DNA of 64,000 nucleotides from an uncultured candidate division Zixibacteria bacterium (lineage in GTDB: Bacteria > Zixibacteria > MSB-5A5 > GN15 > FEB-12), in NCBI GenBank assembly GCA_963664195.1, contig OY760907.1, positions 2,208,001 through 2,272,000 on the forward strand, written 5' to 3'. How positions within the stretch are numbered: the first letter of the stretch is position 1; every line of letters begins with the position of its first letter. Under the pieces are notes generated by a model. That model searched no databases. It was not told the DNA's origin and was given only the letters and a program-made list of their open reading frames with translations. Below are positions 47,161 to 56,664 of this stretch, piece by piece. The position numbers were made by a program, and so were the translations under genes.

Positions 47161-48933
47161 ATGGACATAAGCCGCAACCGACAGCGACAGAATATTGAGA
47201 GGGAACCGCAGGGCCAGACTCAAGCTGCTGATCCCGGTGCGTGGAAACTGAGTACGTCAGCTGAGGTTGTGGTTCGCATTGCCGGTAAGGAAATCAGCCA
47301 TCAGATAGACGGCATCGTCCTTGAGCAATCGGTGGACAACCACCACAAACTCACTGTGCGAATCGCACAGGCTGAAGCTTCGATTTCCGATGAGGCCTTT
47401 TCTAACCTGCAGGATTACACCGGCTTTCTCGGTGAGTCGGTTTCGCTGACCATTGAGCCGACCGGCGGAATAGTAGACTCAAGCCGCCAGCTGGCCTTCT
47501 CCGGCATCGTGACCGAGGTGCGGCTCGACAACAGTATCGACTTCCTCAACAAAGTTACAGTGGTTGCCTCAAGCCCGACGATCGCGCTGGATGGCGGTCG
47601 CAACAACCGTTTTCACAAGGACGTCAGGGCGAGCGACGCGATGGCGGCCACACTCAACAAGTACCAAATCACTGTCGGCAAGGTGGAGACCACGGACCGG
47701 GTGATGTCCTTCTGCGCTCAATACCACGAGACAGATTACGAGTTTGTAATGCGCCTGGCCGCGGCGAACGGCCTGTTTGCCTGCTACGACGGAGAGGAAT
47801 TCAGCATCTGCAAGCCCTCCGCCTCCGATCAGGAGGAACTGGTTTGGCGTGAATCGCTGGGCGCTTTTGTTTTGGGCCTGGGAACGCAGTCGCAGGAATT
47901 CAATGCCGCCGTGTACAACTACGAATTGCCGGATACGTTCGATCGTGACTCCGGCTCGTTGCCGATGCAGGCTGCCCTGTCGAATCTGTCGAGACTGTCG
48001 CCGGATGCCTCAAAAAAAATATACACCGAGTCGGGATTCTCGACATCGGTCAATTCCGTGGCAGATATGCAGTCCCTGGACAAAGTGCTCGGACAAGATC
48101 GAAGTCGCGCGATGGGACGAATGATCCGTGCGACAGGGGAGTCCGATATCCCGGCTGTGAAGGTAGGTCATTGCGTCAAAATATCCGGGATGGCAGAGCT
48201 CAACGCTTCTTACTGGGTGGAGAAGATCACGCACACGTTTGACGAGAGCGGCTATCATAACGAGTTTGAGTGCACGCCGGTCGATATGGCTTTCCCTCAA
48301 TCGAGACCTTCCACGGGAGGTTTTGCCAGATTACAGAGTGCAACGGTCGTTGACAACAAGGACCCGGATCAACTCGGCCGTGTCAAAGTCACATTCCCCT
48401 GGAGCAAATCAGAGGATACGCTGTGGATTCGGCTGGCCACACCGCATGCGGGCGAAGAACGTGGCTGGTATTCGGTGCCGGAGATCGACGACGAGGTCCT
48501 GGTGGGCTTTGAACACGGCTCTGCGTCGTGTCCGGTCGCGCTCGGCGCGTTGTATAACGCCAAAAGCAAGCCTGCGGCGGATGCGCCCGACGATGACAAC
48601 AACATCAAGTCGTTTGTCTCCCGCAGCGGCAACCAGATCGTGTTCTCCGACGCGGACGGTTCCGAGGAAATCCGTATCGTGACCAAAGACCAGAAAAACC
48701 AGATTGTTATGAAAGTTGACGGTCCCACGATCTCGATCATATGCGATGGCGGTGATATCAGCCTCCAGGGCAACAACATTATATTTGAGGCTGACCAGGC
48801 GATTGAGTTCAAGGCCGGGACTGACCTGAAGATGGAAGGCTCCGCGAATGTCGAGACCAAAGCAGGCGCCAACTACAAGATTGAAGGCGGCGCGCAGGTT
48901 GAAGTCAAAGGCGGCATGATTAAGCTGAATTAG
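47161..48933 (+). CDS. vgrG: VgrG spike protein (gp27 hub, gp5 OB fold, short beta-spike)
   Basis: QYHETDYEFVMRLA, HTFDESGYHNEF, VVDNKDPDQLGRVKV.FPW, WIRLATPHAG..RGW..VPEIDDEVLVGFE.G, SRSGNQI.F.D, KGGMIKLN. Confidence 0.93.
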   Translation: MDISRNRQRQNIEREPQGQTQAADPGAWKLSTSAEVVVRIAGKEISHQIDGIVLEQSVDNHHKLTVRIAQAEASISDEAFSNLQDYTGFLGESVSLTIEPTGGIVDSSRQLAFSGIVTEVRLDNSIDFLNKVTVVASSPTIALDGGRNNRFHKDVRASDAMAATLNKYQITVGKVETTDRVMSFCAQYHETDYEFVMRLAAANGLFACYDGEEFSICKPSASDQEELVWRESLGAFVLGLGTQSQEFNAAVYNYELPDTFDRDSGSLPMQAALSNLSRLSPDASKKIYTESGFSTSVNSVADMQSLDKVLGQDRSRAMGRMIRATGESDIPAVKVGHCVKISGMAELNASYWVEKITHTFDESGYHNEFECTPVDMAFPQSRPSTGGFARLQSATVVDNKDPDQLGRVKVTFPWSKSEDTLWIRLATPHAGEERGWYSVPEIDDEVLVGFEHGSASCPVALGALYNAKSKPAADAPDDDNNIKSFVSRSGNQIVFSDADGSEEIRIVTKDQKNQIVMKVDGPTISIICDGGDISLQGNNIIFEADQAIEFKAGTDLKMEGSANVETKAGANYKIEGGAQVEVKGGMIKLN

Positions 48934-48941
48934 CAGGCGAC

Positions 48942-49316
48942 ATGGAATACCTTACGCTCCCATACAGGCTGAAACATGACTACCTCGGGCGAGGTGATCT
49001 CGAACAGTCGATCAGAGATTCAATCGGTCTGATCCTGAGCACCCGACTCGGCACCATGCCGTTCATGCGGGAGTTCGGGTGCAGTATCTGGGAGAAAGAA
49101 TACTCCGATCTGTTTTCGACCAACAAGTCTGATATTCGTGCCAGTCTTCGCAATGCGGTGGATCAACTCGAGGGACGGCTCTACAATCTTTCAGTGTCGT
49201 TTTCTCCTGATGAACGGGCTGAATCCCACGCGATGGGCATGCATGTGAAAGTAACCGGAACCTTCCGCGACGAAGGCGAGGAAAAGAAATTCGAGGCCGT
49301 CTACCGTCTGGTGTAA
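48942..49316 (+). CDS. tssE: Baseplate wedge TssE (gp25-like)
   Basis: YLTLP, SIRDSIGLILSTRLG, EFGCSIWE, LEGRL; directly after vgrG. Confidence 0.85.
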   Translation: MEYLTLPYRLKHDYLGRGDLEQSIRDSIGLILSTRLGTMPFMREFGCSIWEKEYSDLFSTNKSDIRASLRNAVDQLEGRLYNLSVSFSPDERAESHAMGMHVKVTGTFRDEGEEKKFEAVYRLV

Positions 49317-49348
49317 ACTTGACTGGTCGACAGCCTGAGGAAATAGCA

Positions 49349-51020
49349 ATGAGCGACAGCAATTCACGCAGTCAGGAACAGATTTTCGCCGACATGTTCC
49401 GTGAACTCCGGGCCTGGAACCCGGACATCGCGGCCTCTCCGGAACGCATGGACCCCGTCTTGCGGATTCTCATGCAGATGTATTCGAGTCAGTTGTCGCG
49501 AATAGACAAACGGGTGGATGACATCTGGGACATCGCCACCGGATCGCTCATACGATCTGTTTGCCCTGAGGCGGCACGATGGCCCGTACCGGCTCACACG
49601 GTTCTCAAATGTGAGTTAGGTGACCCGGTTGTCGAAGTAGACACCAACACCCGGTTCTTTTACAAAGAGCAACGCGAAGGCGGGCGGGCTTTTTTTTTTC
49701 GCGCCAGAACGTAAAGAGAAACTGGCCTCAGCCGAAGTCGTCTCGATCTTCCTTCAGACCGGTGACGAGTATGCGCCAGTGCCCAATCTCTCACTGACAG
49801 CCGGTCCGACCGGCAACCCGATTCCGGTCAGTTCAGGATCCTCTTCAACCAGATTACACCTCGTGGCAAAATGGGCAGGCCGCACACAAGACCTGGCAGG
49901 TACCACCATCTTCCTGCGCGGCAGGAAGGAAATACGCCGACAACTCTTGTGGTCACATTGGCATCCTACCGATGCATTTGGAGGCTGCCTGCTTGAGAGT
50001 GTCTTCTGTCCCGGTCGACAGGGCACTATCGAAGAGATGTTCGCCACTCGGGACGGCCGCAGCCGGTCCTGGGGCGGTTTCCGGTCCGGAAGCACTGTAT
50101 TCAGCGATCTAACCGACAGTTTCGTGATCCTGCCTGGATCATTTGTATCCGCCTGGCAGCCGTTGGATCCTACCAGTCCCGTTGTCGAGAGGCTCGGTCT
50201 TGCCGCAGCGATGCAGGCCGGCACGGGCGAGAAGTATTATCTCGCGACTCTCGAACTTCCGGAGCGGGGAGATCGACAGGCGTTTGCATCAGGTCTGGGG
50301 CTTGATTTTGGCTGTTTTATAGCCACCAACAGAAACGAACTGACTCTGTTCAAGCACACTGCCGGCAATCGCGTGGTCGATTTCGAACTGCCGGAACCGA
50401 TTGATTCGATACTGAGTATCGTAAGAGTCGCCGACGCCAGAGGACGTAAGTATCTTCCCCGATTCGACAACAGCAATGGTTCGGTGGAACGATCGTACAC
50501 GCTTGAAGAGCGGGGCGACCGCTTGCTGCTCTGGTTCGATTTCTCCTCGCAGCTTGAGGCTCCACCGGAATCGCTTACCGTCACGTATGCCGTAACCGAA
50601 GGAACCGGAGCGAACGGCATCGAATACGGGAAGATTGCCACTTTGTATGAAAGCCACCCCGGAATCAAAGCCTGTAGGAATGTCACTGACACCGGCGGGG
50701 CCGTGCCTGCCAAAACCAACGAACAAATTATGACCGAAGTATCGACGCGTCTCAGGGGTCGCGACCGCGCTCTCACCTATGCCGACATCACCTCGTGGAC
50801 AAAAACGTTTGATCCGAGGATTCAATCGGTAGAGTGTGAGAACGGCGTACAGCGCACACGCCACGGAGTGCGAAAGTGCATCGTGGTGGGCGTTTATGTC
50901 GCCCGTACTGATTTCTATGCGGACGACGAAATGAACATGCTCAAGGAGCGAATCGGCAGTTTCCTCAAGGAACGCTCGCCGATCAACACCCAGTACCAGG
51001 TGGAGATTATCGCCCGATGA
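49349..51020 (+). pseudogene. tssF: Baseplate TssF, frameshifted at a T10 tract (49690-49699)
   Basis: N-part DPVLRILMQ...P.....PVPAHTV; C-part YAVTEG.GANGI, TGG, RDRALT..DI. Removing one T gives ...GRAFFFAPERKEKLASAEVV... and a single 556-aa ORF. Confidence 0.85.
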
Positions 51021-51931
51021 CATTTGCCGGTCACAACATCATGCCGAATCTTGTCAATCGACGAGCCCCCGTGAACTATGCGACGGCTCTGGTGACGTTG
51101 ATGAGGATGGGCGTGGATCTCTCGCGGGTGAGAATGCTGGCCGTCGGCGAATACGAAAATTACCGCGGAGAGATTCGTGCCCAGTCGCCGGAACCGGGTG
51201 AAGAATTCGGACCTTCCACAGAGATCAAGCTCGAAGTCGGTTGTCCCAGCGCGGTCGATCAGATGCCGTACCAGTTCTTCTACGGTCTCGGAGACGCCAC
51301 TGTCTCCGGCACGCAGTGGGAGGAGGATGCCCGTCACCTGATGGCGCCATTTGATGCCGAGGTGATCCGTCACAGGGGAGAGGCGCGTTCGCATATCCTT
51401 CGGTTGACCTACGGTTGTTTCGACCGTACTCAGGTCGAGCGGCTTATCGGCGCGTTTGGTGTGGAACTTCCGGATATGGAACTGGATGATCGTGAGGTTA
51501 CCATTCTTGCGTCGCTCCTTCCCAGTTATAACGAATGGGCCGGCAATGCCCTGGCGGTGGCAAAGGTGCTCGAGAATTTCTTTGGCCACTCGTTTGAAAT
51601 CGTTGAGAATGTTCCGCAGCGGACGAAAATCCCCGCGCGCCTCCGCTATCATCTTGCTCAAACGAGCGCGGGGCTTGGTAGAGAGACCGTACTTGGGGAC
51701 TCATTTGTTGAATGCGATTCCACCTGTCTGGTGGTAATGCGCGGGGTTAGCCCTGATTTGGCAGGCCAACTGCTCCCGGGCGGGCTGCTTCGCAAGAAGC
51801 TCGATTGGATACTGAAACTGGCAATACCCGGCAATCTTGAATGTAAACTGAAAGTACTGCCGGTAGAACGCGGGATGCGAATAGGATCAACTCAGGGAAG
51901 CACCCGATTGGGAGTCGCCAGTTGTCTATAA
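51017..51931 (+). CDS. tssG: Baseplate TssG with N-terminal PASTA-like domain
   Basis: ATGA overlap with tssF; DQMPYQFFY, ARHLMAPFD, LLP....AGN......LE.FFG, LGRETVLG; N-terminus MPNLV...IRAQSPEPG. Confidence 0.75.
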   Translation: MTFAGHNIMPNLVNRRAPVNYATALVTLMRMGVDLSRVRMLAVGEYENYRGEIRAQSPEPGEEFGPSTEIKLEVGCPSAVDQMPYQFFYGLGDATVSGTQWEEDARHLMAPFDAEVIRHRGEARSHILRLTYGCFDRTQVERLIGAFGVELPDMELDDREVTILASLLPSYNEWAGNALAVAKVLENFFGHSFEIVENVPQRTKIPARLRYHLAQTSAGLGRETVLGDSFVECDSTCLVVMRGVSPDLAGQLLPGGLLRKKLDWILKLAIPGNLECKLKVLPVERGMRIGSTQGSTRLGVASCL

Positions 51932-52017
51932 ATGCAGTGAGTTCAAGCACAGACTGCAGGATGCTTGACTTGATGTTTGTAAGTAGGTAGATTGATTTCT
52001 TATTCTAGGATAACAGG

Positions 52018-53451
52018 ATGAGCAACTTAAAGTTATATTCCGTGAACTGGCAGGACGGCATGTTGCTGAACGAGCAGCATCTCTCCGACCAGGAACGGTA
52101 TCTCGAGGACCTTTCACGATGGTACGCCATGCCAAGTGGCGATGCCTACGGACTGGTACGTGCCGGAGCCGCTGATGCTCCCGCATTGAGCCTGAATCTG
52201 AGCGTCAACGGTGACAGATTGCGGGTTCAGGTGGACCGCTGCCGTGCCATAACGTCCGATGGTCACATCATTGATATCAATGAATCTTCGGCTGATTCAG
52301 TCGGCGCCACGATGCACCTCGCCGATGGCGACATCCCCGTCTACATCAGCGTCAATCCGGGACAGAAAAATCCCACCGGCGCGCCGGATACAACGGAGGA
52401 AGTCCCCCGTTTGCCGTATCGCGCTAGCGCGTATACCGTGCATCTCGGAGAGCGCCCCAACGCGCCCGAGGGGCAAATGCTCCAGTTGGCCGTGTTGGTG
52501 GCAGCCGGTTCCGAGGTTGCTCATTCGGCGAGGTACATGCCTCCCTGTGTGACGCTAGTCGCCGATGAGCGACTCAACCAAAAAACGGGGGATCTTCGCA
52601 ACGGATTGGAGTCTTTACTGTCAGTTGGCAACAGGGCTTTTGCGGCCATGCTGGCGGGCGACAAGACGGATTTGCAGGCCAGCTTGCGCGACTGCGTTTA
52701 TCGCTTTGTGGCCTACCTCTCATCTTCGGTCGATGAGTTTGTCGTGGGGCGCAACTCCGGACATCCGCTGTCATTGGTGATTTTCTATCGAAAGCTGTTC
52801 CGCGTTTTTCACACCTTGCTGAATCTTCATCCGGGTGTGAGAGATTACGTGCATGAGAAGTACTTCATCAAAGAAGCCAGCACGGATGTTTCACGGTTTA
52901 TGTCATTAATCGACGGCTTTCTCTTGGCGCGTTATAACCACGAAGATATCGGCGGTCACATACTGGCGATTGAAGGGATCACCGATCACATCAGGGGGCT
53001 GCTTGGTTTTCTGGCGCACATCAAGGGCGAGCAACTCGGCCCGCAGGCGGTGCAGACGGATTCGATTTCGTATTCCGGCAAAACGTATATGGTCGCCGAT
53101 TACACCCGTATCGATGTCGAACAGGTGGGTGATCTCGTCTACGTGCAAGTGAACCTCTCTAATCCGGCACCTATGAAAGACACGGTGATTTTGCTGGCAA
53201 AGAGTATTTTTGATTTGCAGGATTGGCAGGCTATGCATGTCCGTCTGGGATTGAATGATGCCCGCGGTCTCGGCGAAACCGACCCGGTTGCGGTTGATGC
53301 AACCACCTACGGCGACAAAGTTGCGCTGCATCCACACGACTTGCTGCAAACGCAGTCGGTCCGCAGGCTCACTATGATATTCCGGGGCGCTCCCGATGTC
53401 CAGGGGTTCAACCAGTTGGGCAAGATGGACCTCTTCGTTTATGCACAGTAA
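52018..53451 (+). CDS. tssK: Baseplate-membrane connector TssK
   Basis: VNWQDGMLLNEQHL, YGL, CRAITSDG..IDI, YMPPC, YNHEDI fit the T6SS-iii TssK pattern. Confidence 0.82.
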   Translation: MSNLKLYSVNWQDGMLLNEQHLSDQERYLEDLSRWYAMPSGDAYGLVRAGAADAPALSLNLSVNGDRLRVQVDRCRAITSDGHIIDINESSADSVGATMHLADGDIPVYISVNPGQKNPTGAPDTTEEVPRLPYRASAYTVHLGERPNAPEGQMLQLAVLVAAGSEVAHSARYMPPCVTLVADERLNQKTGDLRNGLESLLSVGNRAFAAMLAGDKTDLQASLRDCVYRFVAYLSSSVDEFVVGRNSGHPLSLVIFYRKLFRVFHTLLNLHPGVRDYVHEKYFIKEASTDVSRFMSLIDGFLLARYNHEDIGGHILAIEGITDHIRGLLGFLAHIKGEQLGPQAVQTDSISYSGKTYMVADYTRIDVEQVGDLVYVQVNLSNPAPMKDTVILLAKSIFDLQDWQAMHVRLGLNDARGLGETDPVAVDATTYGDKVALHPHDLLQTQSVRRLTMIFRGAPDVQGFNQLGKMDLFVYAQ

Positions 53452-53478
53452 GAACAAAAAGGCAGGGTCTACAGACTG

Positions 53479-54390
53479 ATGAATGCGTACGTTGAAGACC
53501 TATTTTCGTATCTCGATCGTTTTGAAACGCGGCCGGGCGAATTCGACACCGAGGCGTTTCTCCAGACGTACAACGGCGTCTATACCGTTTTTGAAGCACT
53601 GACCGAACAGCGCGACAAAGCTGTCGAACTTGACCTTTTCTTCGTTGATAAGATCAAGCAAACTGCGCCGTCGAAATCGGGCCTTCGTCTGCTGACGATC
53701 CAGCTTCTGATATCGTTTTTCGAAGCCGAGGCGGATATCGACGGTCAGTCCAACAAGGGTTACTTGTATTGCCGCTCACTCCGAGAGATCAAACAGGATG
53801 TTCCGTATTTCGAACGGCACCTGATCCCATTGCTGTTCAATGATGCAGGCCTCACCGGCAATGTCAAACTCCACCGTTTCTTTCTGGATGAGATTGCCCG
53901 CTATCTGAACAAGTATGGTTCTCGTCTCGACGCCAACCTAACGCCCGAGACGTTTGACGGTCTGTCCGATCCGATGAAGTTTCTTGTGCTGGCAAGACGA
54001 AGGCTGCTGATCGGCAACGACCTGCTGAAGGATCGCACCAGTCTTGAATTCCATTTGCTTCAGGTCAAGGCGTTTCCCAAACTTGCGGCCAGAAACAAGG
54101 CGTATCGCGAACACCTGTCGGAGTGGAAATATCTTCAGACCGACAGCTTCTGGACCAAACTCTCCGGCTGGTTCGGTGAGTTTACGGGCAAACTTGGCGG
54201 CGCGTTCTCGTCCTGGAAGTATTTCAGGCTGGTGATCCGTCAGCGCAACGCCGCCTATCTGACGTACACGATTATTATGATCTTGAGCATTCTGTTGGCC
54301 ATATATGTGCCGATGAAGTGGTCCGCCTATTCGGGTGAACAACTCGAGGATCTCGAAAACCACGCGACTGAATTGCAGCAGGGCAACTAG
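53479..54390 (+). CDS. Tail-anchored inner-membrane protein (TssL-like topology)
   Basis: Helical soluble N-domain, amphipathic FWTKLSGWF segment, single TM YLTYTIIMILSILLAIYVP (~aa 260-278), short C-tail; lies between tssK and the GTPase gene. Confidence 0.55.
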   Translation: MNAYVEDLFSYLDRFETRPGEFDTEAFLQTYNGVYTVFEALTEQRDKAVELDLFFVDKIKQTAPSKSGLRLLTIQLLISFFEAEADIDGQSNKGYLYCRSLREIKQDVPYFERHLIPLLFNDAGLTGNVKLHRFFLDEIARYLNKYGSRLDANLTPETFDGLSDPMKFLVLARRRLLIGNDLLKDRTSLEFHLLQVKAFPKLAARNKAYREHLSEWKYLQTDSFWTKLSGWFGEFTGKLGGAFSSWKYFRLVIRQRNAAYLTYTIIMILSILLAIYVPMKWSAYSGEQLEDLENHATELQQGN

Positions 54391-54430
54391 GACTGCCAAC
54401 CTGCAGTCTGTTTGTTATTGATAGGAAAGC

Positions 54431-56629
54431 ATGAAACCGGCGAAGATATTCAAGTTTCTCAAAAAAGGCTCCAAGGCCGCATCCGGCCGGGGCAAGAAGA
54501 AGACAGCCGCGAAGTTTACATGGCCGGCCGGCGTGAGATTGGGCCTGTTTGGTCATACTAACTCCGGTAAGACCGTCTTCTACTCGGTTCTCAACGAAGA
54601 ATGCAAGATTTCACGCGACCTGCAATTGTCGGTAACCGATCATGCGACCGCCAACGAGTTGCTGAAACACTACCGTTCGATCTGGGGACTGTCCACTGCG
54701 GTCGACGCCGGCACGGCGGTCGACATGGCCGGCGAAAAGAAGTTTCCCGAGCCGACCGAAAGAGAATTGCCGTATTTGTTCAATGCCACTCTGGATCGAG
54801 GAACCAAAGTCTCGGTGGTCGGCTACGAATACAACGGCAAGTCCGTGGCTCTTTCGGCCACCGGTGAGGAAGCCGAAAAGGCCGAGGACTTCATGTGCGG
54901 CTGCGACGGCCTCCTGTTTCTGTACGATCCGAAATTACTCAAAGCCGAAATAGAGAACCACGCCCACGTCGCCTCGTTTGCGAACATGGTCGAGAAGCTT
55001 GCGCCGCTCAGTGCAAAACTCCCCATTCCGGTTGGCGTTATAGTAACCAAGTCCGATATTCTGGCGGGATTTACGGGCGAAGAGCAAACAGTGCTGGTGC
55101 CTGCCGAGGACGAAAGTCTTCTCGCTGAAGAGTATGAGGAGTTGGTGGAACGAGTGCTCGCCTCCAACCGGATCGCTAAGAATTCGAAATGGGCAGGGAC
55201 GGTGCGCGAGATTTTGATCCGCTTGCAGCCGTTTTTGAAAATCGTCGTGGGACGTACGCTGGATTTCCAAATGTTTTTCACTTCGTCGACCGGCACTACG
55301 CCTGAGAAAATCGGCACCGAAGTTGGCCGGTCAATCTATGCGCCTCCCAGGGTCATCCGACCGGTCGGAGTCAAAGAACCGTTCTACTGGATATTAAACG
55401 CGATTCTGCGTAATCGGAAAATATCCCTGCTTCGGAAGATAACGCACTGGGTGACGGCTGCGGCGATTATTTGGGCCATCGCCTACTCGATACCACACCT
55501 CTACCATTTCAATTATCTCCTCCCTCGCACTCAAGAAGTGGAGGAGAGCATCATGGATGTCTACGAGGGCAATATATACTCGACTTCTGACGAGGAGCGC
55601 GGCAAAATTGGGTCGGCGTACCGTCGCTACGAAGACTCCTGGATTGTCAAGGGACTGTTCCCACGATTCGTGGCACCTTCGGGCCGAATTCGCAACGCCT
55701 ATCGCAAGTTCGACGTCTCCGAGGCGGTCAAAGCGCTCAACCAGAATATCGATATGTTCACGGCCGTTGTCACCGACAGCACCATGTGGCCGAGCGTGAA
55801 TCCATCCGACAACTCGCTGATTCTTGCGCCGGAACACGAGCGCTTGCTGACATCGTTGCAGGAATTCCACAAAGGGGATGAAACGTCGGAGTTGTTCACA
55901 CGCAGCGGACGAGTGCTCACGTATTGGGAGCTGTTTGCCGGAGCGATCGTGATGCCGGACGACACGGCCGCATGGAACGTTATCAAACGCCAGGTCGAAC
56001 AGGACCAGAGCCTATACGCCCGCGAGGTCAATTCCTCCGAGATGAAACTCGGCGAAGCGTTGTCTGCCTACAAGGTCAAACAGGCCTCAAGAGTGATTGC
56101 ACAGGAGACGGCTTTCGAGTTCGACGATCAGATCATGGCCAACGTCAACGGTAACCCCGATCCGAGCTATCGGCTGGACCAGGCGGTTCGCGAACTCAGA
56201 CGAGTGGCCTCCAAACTTGATCGCTCGGACACCAAGCATCACAACATGATCGACAAGTATCTAAAGGATGCCAAAAAGTGGGCGCGATCACGTGAATACA
56301 AGTGCAAGATTGAAACTCTGCCGGGCGGCGGACATTTGCATATCGAGGTCACCGATGCCGGCAAGGATCCGACGTGGTCCGAGATAAATCAGATATTTGA
56401 GGGTGACGAGATCACGCTGAAATGGAAAACCGGGCAGGATATTCATATCGCTATCGACACCGCCGGGCATCAGTGCCAGTTGGGCAAAGCAGCGGCTGAC
56501 AAAGTCGTCAAGAAGGGCAAGTACGCATTGTTTGAACTTGAACAGGGGGTCTCGTTCAGTAACGTGGGCAAGCAGGTGACGATCAGGTTTGAGCCGAGTT
56601 TGGTTGATCGTCTCCCGAGTCTCGAATAA
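54431..56629 (+). CDS. P-loop GTPase-fold membrane protein, TssM-like
   Basis: Walker A GHTNSGKT, DGLLFLYD, PVGVIVTKSDILAGF (G4), single TM ~aa 340-363, then a long helical region and a beta-rich C-terminus. Confidence 0.6.
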   Translation: MKPAKIFKFLKKGSKAASGRGKKKTAAKFTWPAGVRLGLFGHTNSGKTVFYSVLNEECKISRDLQLSVTDHATANELLKHYRSIWGLSTAVDAGTAVDMAGEKKFPEPTERELPYLFNATLDRGTKVSVVGYEYNGKSVALSATGEEAEKAEDFMCGCDGLLFLYDPKLLKAEIENHAHVASFANMVEKLAPLSAKLPIPVGVIVTKSDILAGFTGEEQTVLVPAEDESLLAEEYEELVERVLASNRIAKNSKWAGTVREILIRLQPFLKIVVGRTLDFQMFFTSSTGTTPEKIGTEVGRSIYAPPRVIRPVGVKEPFYWILNAILRNRKISLLRKITHWVTAAAIIWAIAYSIPHLYHFNYLLPRTQEVEESIMDVYEGNIYSTSDEERGKIGSAYRRYEDSWIVKGLFPRFVAPSGRIRNAYRKFDVSEAVKALNQNIDMFTAVVTDSTMWPSVNPSDNSLILAPEHERLLTSLQEFHKGDETSELFTRSGRVLTYWELFAGAIVMPDDTAAWNVIKRQVEQDQSLYAREVNSSEMKLGEALSAYKVKQASRVIAQETAFEFDDQIMANVNGNPDPSYRLDQAVRELRRVASKLDRSDTKHHNMIDKYLKDAKKWARSREYKCKIETLPGGGHLHIEVTDAGKDPTWSEINQIFEGDEITLKWKTGQDIHIAIDTAGHQCQLGKAAADKVVKKGKYALFELEQGVSFSNVGKQVTIRFEPSLVDRLPSLE

Positions 56630-56664
56630 CAGGAACGTTGGTGAGTATATTCAAGGAGAGTATC

